In this document: piece by piece, positions 50,212 through 60,639 of the stretch
How the letters are laid out: the number at the start of each line of letters is the position of its first letter
How positions within the stretch are numbered: position 1 is the first letter of the stretch
DNA from: Psammoneis japonica
Taxonomy: Eukaryota
Assembly: GCA_008632985.1 (NCBI GenBank)
Contig: QPGO01000065.1
Location: 1-64,000 of the forward strand
Length of the DNA: 64,000 bases
Direction of reading: 5' to 3'
Made by a program: the position numbers and the translations under genes
Notes under the pieces: generated by a model
Told to the model about the DNA's origin: nothing
Databases searched by the model: none
The model's input: only the letters and a program-made list of their open reading frames with translations

Positions 50212-50511
50212 TGACAGAAAGTGAGGAAAATGGGGGCACTCGCCTGGAGGTGTCTCGGGTGATCAAATCCGTCCACAAACAGGAGAGCGCAGGCTAAAAC
50301 CAGGAACATCTTGCACCAAAGTGTGTTCCAGATGTTGTGAGAGACTCTGAGTTACTCTCAGAATCGGAGCTATGATGAAAGAAGGACAGATTCCGACAGG
50401 TTGTGGAAACTCCAAGGAGTCACGGATGATTTCCATCACAAACTGTCGTGAAGATACAATGTCTTCGATCATGAGGTTCCGATGTCAAAAGGGAACATGG
50501 AATCCCTGACA
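50212..50511 (-). repeat. 5' LTR of the nested Copia
   Basis: Colinear with 42521..42820; followed on the minus strand by tggttgcaattc (PBS-like). Confidence 0.95.
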
Positions 50512-52739
50512 GTGACAGACAATTGTTTCTTCAAGACGATTGGCTTGCTCCTGCAGAACTGGAGCAGAAATGGCAACATGAAGAACATGTGCATCTTTTC
50601 AGGAACACACGTCAACAACAGCCTGCTGCAACAAAATCTTTGAAGCCTGTTGCTCTGGTCATCAACCCACCACCATCTGCGTGTCCCAATGCATCCATGC
50701 CATCGAATTCCGCAAAACCCCAATCCGTCAATGAGCAAATTGGAAGTTGGTCATTCAATGCCTCCCGCATGTCCGCCACCTCCTTCAGGTGCAGAGTCAT
50801 TGGACATCTCAGTCCCGGCTCAAGATGTCCCAGCACCACCCACAACTGAGCAGAACATGCATTGCTCACAAAGATCAAACAAAGGCAGGGGAGCTGCAAC
50901 TCCTTTTGCCAACAAAGCCCATTTAGCCTCAGCTGAGCCATCGGATGCTGGAGGATGCCATTCCCAGCTTGCTCATCTTGCTGAGATCCAAGCCTGCTGT
51001 GACAGTGGAGAGCTGGACATTCAAGACCCTTGTGTCTGCACTGCCAAGGCCAAGAAGAATGATGACATGCCAAATGTGCAAGAAGCTCTCATGGGCGAGT
51101 TTGCCAAGCAATGTGTTGAGGCCATGAAGACCAAAGTGGCCGTGCTCGTTCATCGCAAAACATGGAAATTTGCAAAGCGCGATTCTTCTGTGAATGTGTT
51201 GAAATCAACATGGGCTTTCAAGTGCACTCCACTGAAATTCAAGGCTTGATTTTGTTGTTGTGGCAACTTGCAGCAAGAAGGAGTCAATCACTTCAAGACC
51301 TGTGCTCCAGCAGTCCAGTGGTTGACTGTTCATCCATTGTTGAGCGCTGCATTGCAAGAAGGGTGGGCAACTCATCAAGTTGACTACACCAATGCATTTG
51401 CACAAGCTGATGTCACCAAAGACATTTGCATCAAACCTCCCAAGTGTTTTGGCCCTGCCTCAGGTGCCAACATTGTTTTTGAGCCACTCAAGATGCTCTG
51501 TGGGTTGAAACAAGCCCCAAAATGCCTCTGCAAAAAGCTCCGCAAAGGATTGATTGAACAAGGGTGGGTTCAGCTGGTGGCAGACCCTTGTCCATTTTTC
51601 AAGGATGGCATGATTTGTGTTGCACACGTTGGCAATGCTGTCCTCACTAAAATGGAGGCCTTCTGGAACGTGAAGTCACAGCTCCAGGAATCCAAAAGGA
51701 AGAACAATGCCACATTTTCAAGTTCCCACTGACTCAACCGGGTCTAACTGATGAGGTCCTCAAAGCTGCTGGTGTGGAAGATTGTCATCCTTCTCTCACA
51801 CCATGCACTGCTTCTCCATGCCATGCTGACTCAGAGGATCAATTGTTGGGATGCTCACGTGTTTATCGGCAAACTCTTGTCCCAACATCACATGCACTGC
51901 CCATCAAGCCGCTTGCTTCTCCTGCACTCCCAACAGTCCCATGCTGTTGCAGTGAAGTGTGCTCTTCATTGTCTTCAAGGTGCAAAGGACAAGGGCCTCT
52001 GCCTGCGCCCTGGTGACAACCAACAAGTTGGTTGTTTTGTGGGTGCCGATTTTGCTGGACTCTGTGGTCATGAAAACTCCCAAGACCCAGTGAGTGTCAA
52101 GTCTTGTGCAGGACACGTCATTTTGCACTGTGGCTGTTCCATTTTGTGGGTCTCCAAGCTGCAGATGCAGATTGCTCTCTCCACTGTGGAAGCAGAACAT
52201 CTGGCACTGTTGGCTGGCATGTGCAGCCTGACTCCGATCCAAGAGATTTTGAAAGAAATTCAGCATCACGCATTCGGGGGCACAAGAATGCTTCTGCTCC
52301 TGCTGCTGCCAAGTCAAAAGCCTTTTCTGATGTGAAAGACGGCACGATTCCTTCCTCCAATGTCTGCAAGGACAACCAGGCATTTTGCGCACCAAACACA
52401 TTGGCGTTCCCTGTCACTGGTTCTGCACTAAAGTTGAGCTGCTCGAGATCATCATTGAGCCTGTGGGAACTGACTCTCAGCTTGCAGATCAGTTTGCAAA
52501 GGGGTCAGTCCAAGCTCTGTTTGAATCTGGTTGGAAGGGTCTGTCTGGCTGGTGGCTCTGCAGTTGAGAGGGAGAGTCAAAATGTCAAAGTCATTTTGTC
52601 AATGCCGCTTCAGACATTTCCATGTGTCACTTGCGTCATCAAGATTCAAATCTCATCTCTCCTCACAAATCTGGTCGTTGAGACCTCTCCACAGTTTGTC
52701 ATCATAATTTCTCCATGGAGAACATTGACAACGACTTGT

Positions 52740-53880
52740 GCTGCTCCATTGCAACCTTGAGCTCTTGCTCATTCTGACACAAGCCACTTCATCACATCTT
52801 CAGCTCCGATCATCAGACGGATGCCGGAACATGCCTTGTGAGGTGAGCACTCGAGGGCAAGTTTTGTGACATTTTCTGTTGTTGTGCTTGAAAAATCAAT
52901 GGTTTTCATCGTCTTCATTGTCAGGGTGAAGCTTTCTCATCCATTCTTTCAGAAAGAATGCAAATCAGAAGTGAAGCGAGGCACAGACGACGAGAGTTTT
53001 GTTGCGCAAGTCAAACGTCTGAGGAGCCGCTCCCCGCCAGCAGTTGGCATCACTTTTTGAGATGCACCAGCTCAAGAGCCCTCTGGATGACTGGCTTAGA
53101 TGTGCAGTTCATTGATGACAGATCTCCAAGAGGTGCCACATGACTTAGAGACTTTCGTCTGCTGCCTTGGTCGGACCAGCCCGGTCCATCATGACCTCCA
53201 GCCCAACAGCTTCCGGCATCTCAAGTGCTTGCTGAGCTTTGCTTTTCATTGCAACCACCCACAATCATTGCAATTGAGAACGCGTGGCAAGGCACTGTTG
53301 ATTTGACCACAACAACAAATCTCCTTGCAGTCCGAGAAGATTTGGTTGTCAAGTTGGGCGGCGGCTGGCAAGCCACTTCCAGGCGGATCTGTGTTTGTTC
53401 TGCTCATGTGGAACCACCCAAAAATGGCAGACACCCCATCCTGTTGTCTGCCATGTGCATGCGAGTGAACAGACATGATTGCATCCAATGCACTCTGACT
53501 TGAACCTCAGAAATGGCGTTGCCGGCCGATGCACCTGCGGCAGAAATTTTGATGAAGAGCAAAAAAAGCGTCAGCAAAAGTGTGACATTTGACAGTTTGA
53601 GTGGCAATCACCCAGCAATGTCCTTCCCACAGGAACGATCAATGCATTCCATGTGTGCTTGCCTCTCAAATTAAAACATTGACGAAGTCGCAACCGAACA
53701 ATCACCCTTGGATGCGGCATGTTCTTGCCACACAAAAGCACGAAGCACGGCGGTGCTTGCCCAACAAGCACGAACATCCGGAGGTAACTCCATCCACACA
53801 ACCACTTCGATTGAATCGTTCAATGAATGTGTGTAACCTTTGTGTACTTCGGTCATAGAGGCATTCGCAACCTTCGATTG
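52740..53880. mobile_element. Unassigned TpA-depleted repeat remnant
   Basis: Same compositional signature. TA reappears gradually from about 53670. No recognisable domain. Confidence 0.4.
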
Positions 53881-55363
53881 GGATGGAGGCAACAACAGCA
53901 AAAATGCATGAGAAGCATTGGATGGAGAAAAAAAGCATCAAACGGAAAAAAAATCGATCGGTAATCGCTGTGCCAGATGCTTCCAATGGGGTTTAAAAAG
54001 ACTCTTCCGATGCGATTACCACTCGATTATCAACATCAACGCCGCCGTAAACGATTTGCTCACCATGGTCGAAGTCTTTCTTTCTCGTGCAAAAAGCAAG
54101 CACGAGGATTGTGGGGTGGCGGACGAACGTGCAAAGAATAATTTTAGTCGAATTATTCAGCTATAACGAATTCTTTTTTGTACCAAAGATGTACGTACCT
54201 TTCTACACTGATATAATGTATAAGAGTATTGTCATTATAATAAGAAATCCTTCTAGATCTTTTTGAATATTTTTCTAGTGAATGTAGATGTCATTGACGA
54301 CGAGACATGACACCGAGATATAGCGGACCAACTTGAAACTCAACACAATGACGAGAACATTGAAATAGAAACAGCTCCGCTCGCAATCTTCACGTTGTAC
54401 AACCAACACAATGAACTCGAACCAAGAGCCCTTCAACGAAGCAAACCCCGATCGCGCTGGTGCCGGTGGTGATGGTGAGCAGCCTCCGCCGCAGGTGAAC
54501 AATCAATCTGCGTCATCGGCCGACGTTATTGCCTTGCTAAACGCTATGGTGCATTTAGTCAACAACGCCATCCTTTTGGAGCATGGGTGAGTGATTTCTA
54601 GTGCTTGATTCTGTGCTCTTATATGTTGTGTGTGCATCTGACGGTTTTATGTTTTATCGTTTTCGCGCTGTGTTGTTCTTTCCGAGTTATAGTTTTGCTC
54701 CTCAAGGTGTCACGGGCGTGCCACCCGGTGTGCCAGCGTTGTCGGAAAGATCGGCGTCATCGGACAAAGCTCTTGAGTTGACAAGTAAGATGTGGGATAC
54801 CGTCAACAACTCCGTGAATGCCTTCAACAACACCGTCCGTTGTGTCTACGGGTAAGTGACTTGACTTGTTACTTTGCTGTTATTTTCTGTCGATGTCTCT
54901 GACTGTTCCATCCTTTTTGCGCTGCACAGATTTGCTCCTCAAGACATCGAAGACGACGACCGCGAAGACGATGACCGCGAAGACGAAAACGACGACATCG
55001 AAGACGACGATGGCGAAGGCGACGACGTCGTCGACGACGGCAATGCGGATGCGGCTGGGGACCACGACGCTCTCTGACTTTCTCAAAAACAGGAAGTGGT
55101 GAGACAATGCCATCAGAAACAGCATGATGGTGCAATGGCATTAGCAGCAGCAGCAACAAGAGTGCCAGATTATACCGCCACGCAATGACGAGGAATCAAC
55201 CAAGACCACGGTATTGTTATTTTTGCACTGGCTACAATATCGTAGAATAAGAAAAAAATAGACCTAGAGGTTTTGTGAAATGATCATTATGCAGCTCACT
55301 TACAGTAGTTACGAATAAAGAGTGAAATGCGAAAGCTATCCACAAGTGCTCTACTCTTTAAAA

Positions 55364-56609
55364 TCAATAATCATCAAAATCAAACGTGAGGCCTTCGGCA
55401 AAGGACCCATGCAGAGCATGAGGTATAAACGTGGGGAGCTGAACCCGTACAACTGGGCCCTTTTCCAGAGATCCCTTCCCCTCAACGTCCAGAACAATGA
55501 AGTCCGTTGTAAGGTCTCGTCCATTTACTACATAAGTAACAAGATACCCTTGTCTTCCTGGTTTTGGATTGGTCACGTCTGCTCCCTTTTTCGGGCAAAA
55601 TACAACTTCGCCGGGGAATTCTTATGGCGCAAACGAAAACGACTCGGACTTTTCTGGTTGTGCCGTATCAAGCTTGAGTATGGAACCGCCGGGAGCACCA
55701 CCACAACCATTGGGTTTGGTTTCGTAAGGCTCATGGGCGCCGACGGTATACGTATATCGATGCTTCTTGCCTGACAGTGCCATTTTGGAATGGACGGAAA
55801 TTCATTGGAGCGAGCGGAATCACGTCAAAGCGAGTTCCTGGCGTGATACTCTCCAGCTCAGGAGACACTGAAATTCGCAGGTACTTGTTGGGAACGAAAT
55901 CGTCCCAGTCAACCTGGTCCCATACCGGAATGTCCTTGGAAAAGCCGGCTCCAAGCTATAGCGCAAGAAAGCGCGACCCAATGAGTTTCCAGATGCAAAA
56001 CAAGCTAATCATGATAAACACACGAAACATGCCCTACCTCTGCTTCTTCCGTCATTACGGAATCAAACACAACATTGCCGTCTTCGTCCTCAAAGGCATT
56101 GGCAAAGTGAAAGTTGAAATGATAGGGAACCTTGATTACTTTGATTCGTTTGTCTTGTCCTGCACGCATATCTGCAGCCGTTCCCTCTTCGAGCTGTGTA
56201 ATGCGTGGTACCAAAAAGACAGTCGACTCTGTAGCTTGAGAATCAAAGTCCACAACCTCTGCAAAAGCCGCTTGCCCTAACAAGGCCATAAGAGCCTTTT
56301 TGTTGTTAATGCCTGCGGGAGGCATGCAAAAGACATGCCAGTTCTCAGTAAGAACATAATCATGAACAACAGCGGCGCCATCAAATACAAAGGATACTTC
56401 ATCCGTTCGGATTGGTTTCATATCCTTGTCAAATTCAAACAAGTTGATCTTGCTTTCTCCCTTTGCAGGATCGAGGCTCGTACCGAAATTAACAATGTGA
56501 TCAGAATGGGAATCATATCGGTAGTGTGCCGCAAACTTGTCTTGGTCCTTCAAGAGGCCATCTAGGTCATGTCCCTTTGGTTCCTTATCGACGTCGTTTT
56601 CCAATGTCA
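55364..56609 (-). pseudogene. 5'-truncated, frameshifted copy of the carotenoid cleavage dioxygenase
   Basis: Matches 13400..14642. Lacks the N-terminal third. Extra indels at about 55562 and 55780..55820. Confidence 0.88.
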
Positions 56610-57930
56610 TCCCGTTCAAACCGCCAAACAGCTGCCACACTTCGCAATGCATCCAACGCATCAGTTTCCTCAGGATACCAGTATATTCCTTGACTGCTCT
56701 GAAACGAGTTAGCACCTCCTTCTGCGTAACAGATACAATTATCAGTTGGATCTTTGTATACAGCCGTCATCCAGAGTCTTCCGCGACTATCCTCCATGCG
56801 TTCCAGACAAATGACCCCATCATGAAGGTTTACACTTGGATGTGGTCTCTGCCCTTCGAAGGCGTCAAGTATGGAACCGAGCAAAGACTTCATGTGGTCA
56901 AATCTACACCTGTGTCCTTGCATGCATCATTTGCACTGTTGAAAAACAAACACCGTCTATCCTTGCCTGATGACATCCAATCAACATCGTTGAGAGTAGG
57001 AAGCTCGTGTCTTTCTGGTGGCGAGGATGAGTGGGGTGAGTGGGGCCGAGACCACTGACTTTCGTCTCCAAATGATGACGAAGAATCGTACAGCTGCGAC
57101 TCGGAGGATCGCCTTTTCCTCTGTGTTATTGATGCTTCCGGTGCGTATAGTAACCCTTCGCGTCCGAGCTGACCGGAGAACGCCTCTTTGATACTTCATG
57201 AGAACTAGAAGACTCCAAAGAAGGCTTTCTCCCTCCCGATGCTGAAGGTGGTGATTGCCCGGCTTGGAATAGGGAGGAGTATGTCTATCACGAGAGTCCG
57301 ATGGTGATGAAACTCCATCGAAGGAACGAGAATTCGTGGATTACAATGACACTCCAGGCCCATAGTAGTCCGGTGATGAGACCCTATTGAAGGGATGAGA
57401 ATTCGCGGCCGACAATGACACTCCAGGCCCGTAGTAGTCCTGCGATTCCGAAGCCATCCTCCCTCTGTTTGATGATTTATTATGTGGAGCATCAGTTCCA
57501 TTTAGGCGATTCCATACCATCACTACTCTTGTCAGTGCTTCCGTACGGGTAGCATCTGCCTCGTTTGGATACCAAACACATCTTGATGATTACGGTGGGA
57601 ACTCCCGCCACCCTCGGCATAGTAAATCGTTTTGTCCCCTGGGTTTTCACAACCTGCCGAAATCCACGTCAGGCCTCTCGACATTTTCCTCCGCAATATG
57701 CTGATTCCCTTCTGGTCCAAGCATGTTGGATTGCCGGAAATTGAGTTTCCTTCACGGTCTACAGCCAAGAAGAGGTCGGACGTGTCGGTTACGACATTCA
57801 TGTCTGCAAGAAGAGGGAGTCCGTCTGAATCTGGCGATTGCGCTGGGCAATCACTGGCGTCGTGGCTGTGATTGGAAGCTGCTGGCGGACTCACTGTTAA
57901 GTGATCCTTCTCTCGAAACAAATAACGTAA
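56608..57930 (-). pseudogene. Second, 3'-truncated copy of the CCCH zinc-finger remnant
   Basis: Matches 19083..20330 (QGHRCRFDHM, WMTAVYKDPTDNCICYAEGGA), with different indels. Confidence 0.6.
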
Positions 57931-60639
57931 ACAATCAATCGTTGTCTGGCTGCGTAGTCTTGGGGCGTACGCGACGTTTTAAACAACCCGCCTTGTTTTT
58001 GTCATGAGCTACGGCTGCATTGAATACGTCGAGAATAGAATCATCTAACACCCCAAAGTCTCCTGCAATTCGAGAGCATCTTTTGACGAAAGAGCTGCCC
58101 GGAGATGTTGCTTCAATAGTTCAAGCAATTCTTGCAATTTTTGCTCTAGGGCCCTAGAGAGAGACTTGCCTCACGTGTGCTGTCAAATCGAGTTGAAGGC
58201 ACCGGAATTGGGTCCTGAAAGGGATTGACTTTATGCGTTGCCACTTCCCAACGATGGTGCTGAAGAGACTGGGTAAAAACTCGAAAACCGGCATCATCAA
58301 AAATGCGGTAAGCAAATGTCCCGGAAATGCTCTTTTTCTTAAAACCATGCACTGTCCTGGAGCGGAGTCGAAGCAAACTGATCAAGTCGCTCATTTGTTC
58401 ACACCTTCAAAAGACAGTGCCGTTCCATTGGCATCAAATGGTTCTCATCTTGTCGCCACTACTTCCTTCCGATCCACGATACGAGATTTACTACCAACTC
58501 GTAGATAGACCTCGTTGTGAGGCACAATCTACAAGCCTCCTTCGATTACCTTGGTTGTCCTAAAGTGGTCATTGTTATGAAGGTAATGGTGATTGTACTC
58601 TCGCAGTTTCGTCGGTAATGCCAGAGCCCCCGTCTCCCATTTATCAACTTGCCACGCAATACTGTGTACGCAGTAGATCCCCATAACAACAACACTTTTG
58701 CGCCTGTTTCTACAATGCATAGAGGGTGACACTGCAGAGGGTCAGACGAGTGCCAAGCATGCAGCAACAATTCCACGACGTCCATTTTCCCTTCAAATTG
58801 CAGTGGTGAACAACGAGCTACGATAGAAGGCAGGCATGGCATGTACCGTACAAAAGAGCACAGGCTATTGATCTTCCAACTTCCAATTTGCTCAACGTGT
58901 TTCCTACTTGTTTGCGTGGTATTCTTTTCGTCATTGCGTTACATTCGTCGTGATTGCGCTTCATCGTTTCGTCCCCTGATGTCATCAAAGAAACATTCCT
59001 TTTCGTTTCGTGTCCCATTGTGGATGATTCTTCTTCTGCGGATATCGGATATCCAGAAGTATAGTTGCGCGTAGTTCGGAGAAGTCCGAGTCGTGTCATC
59101 CCATTTTGGGGGAGTATCACCAAATGTTTCAACTGGAAGGTAAAAGGTGATGGTACCGATATGTCGGTATGTAATCTAAGGTACTGTAACTGGAACAAGC
59201 GCGACATCGAGTTGCGAAAAAAGAAGTCGATATTCGGAAACAACCTGAGCAAAGCTCGACTTACCATAGATCATTGACAGTGTTACTATTGGCAGCCGTC
59301 GCAACGCCAGCCAAACACCTAATGCAAACAATCATGACCATCAAAATGAGGTTTACGGTCAAGTCAATGAGTTTGTCGAGGTTTGAGAACTTTGATAGCG
59401 TTTCAAAACACTTCCACACCAGCTCAGTATCCGTCCCCAGAAAGAACGCCAAACCAATACCCATTCAGTATTTCTCAGTATAGCTCCTCGCAACAAAACA
59501 TTCTAAGCGTTGATCGGAATTGAGAATGTCAACGCCTGGCAATTGGCAATTGACGCTTGGGCCCTCAGGACGGACGGGACGCAAAGTGATTTTATCGTTA
59601 TCGGCGTTGACTGAGCGGGTCCGATGCCAACATAATGTTTGGGAACACCCTCGTCCTCTCGAGCAAGTTCGCGAGCAACGATGACGTTCAACCTTTCTTT
59701 TGTTCCTGTCGAAGGCGCGACCGAACTCATCGTGATCATTATGGATGATCTGGATGAAAGAAGGAGACGATGACGACATGGTAATTGTGGACGGTTGCAA
59801 AAATCAGAGAACCATAGAATACACCACTCGCACCGCACTGCATGCTGGAAAACACTGAACGGGTGTAAGCTACAGGGACGCCATGGCGGTGAATAATGAT
59901 GCTTTATGCTTCATGCTTTTTTTTTTTTTTTTCCTGACAGTTTGGCAAAAGGTCCCTGACGGCAGCAAGACGGATCTCATTTAGGTACGTACGTACGTAG
60001 GTCGTCGGTTCGGCAAAGACTTCATGATCGTGGCTGAATAACGATAAGCCCATAACCCAAACTCGACATTTGACTTCGAGTCAAAGTAAGCTAAATGAAT
60101 AGTGTAAAACGTTAAGTGTCATTTCCACTTCGACACAGAGACAGCTATATGATTAGTGCAAATCGTTAAGTGTCATTTACACTTCGACACAAAGAAGCTA
60201 AATGCTTAACGGCAGTGGTCAGATTTCAAATTCTGAGCAATACAGAAATGTCAATGATGAATAAGGATTTTAGATCCCTTCTGCCCTTAATGTCATTATT
60301 CCAATGCCACTAATGAATACACAAATGAATTTGTATTCCATCCTTTTCGTAAACTTTGATCTATCGGCATTTTCAATACGAGTACGCGATGACAACAATA
60401 AAGCATGCTTGTATGTGTCATGGTCATAAGCTGTAAGGCATACCGTCACATTTGGATTGAACTCGGGATGTTGGTGTCGAAAGTAGCCATTTGTTTGACA
60501 TTCGTGATTTTTCATCGCCCACAAATTGGGATTTCAACTGAGTCGAGTTGATGTTGGACGTGTGCAAAGCACTGCGTTTGATGAAACAATTGAGGGCTCT
60601 GAGCTTATGGCATTTTATGCCATGGAGACTTAAAATGGT

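Larger units (their letters stand above)
42521..50511 (-). mobile_element. Full-length nested Ty1/Copia retrotransposon (7991 bp), two 300-bp LTRs, 5-bp TSD
   Basis: LTRs 42521..42820 and 50212..50511 (TG..CA). TSD gtgac at 42516..42520 and 50512..50516. PPT aagggggg next to the 3' LTR; TGG-starting PBS-like sequence next to the 5' LTR. Two gag CCHC knuckles, protease WFVDSGASSH, integrase HQEMNGISER, RT GDFVGAHLQA, RNase H FSDASW..STAESE..TRHIERR..QLADCTTK. Confidence 0.97.
41050..52730 (+). mobile_element. Outer Ty1/Copia retrotransposon remnant (protease end, integrase 41050..42520; RT and RNase H 50517..52565), split by the nested element
   Basis: IHAWFGHLNF, VSVDHF, IFVDHASG, AHHQNGVAER, LWPVAVNCATHVCNNTP, WGCPVHVLDPKLQ. 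After the insert: LKSTWAFK, HQVDYTNAFAQA, LCGLKQAPK, FVGADFAG, WVSKLQ..IALSTVEAEHLAL, RTKHIG, QLADQFAKG. Purine tract gagagggagag at about 52566 followed by a probable 3' LTR ending ttgaca at 52730. Confidence 0.9.
53903..59011. repeat. Segmental duplicate (direct orientation) of 11793..14642 joined to 19083..about 21433
   Basis: Long near-identical stretches, e.g. 55009..55560 versus 13045..13596. The junction ccaatgt-ca-tcccg at 56608 fuses sequences 4.44 kb apart in the first copy. Confidence 0.95.

Noticed and set aside
42521..50511. ADAR-type editing of retroelement RNA before integration
   Set aside because: It would give one-strand A>G changes and identical LTRs. Both TA>TG and TA>CA occur in the same element, the LTRs differ reciprocally, and adjacent host DNA is affected.
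25920..53880. Alternative genetic code or Cys/His-rich metalloproteins as the explanation for Tyr loss
   Set aside because: Host genes in the window use Tyr at conserved positions, non-coding LTRs show the same changes, and both Cys and His replace Tyr at the same site in duplicate copies.
59982..60001. Palindromic (tacg)n run taggtacgtacgtacgtagg and nearby 30-bp direct repeat as a transposon end
   Set aside because: No matching terminus or target duplication found in the window; a self-complementary microsatellite explains it.
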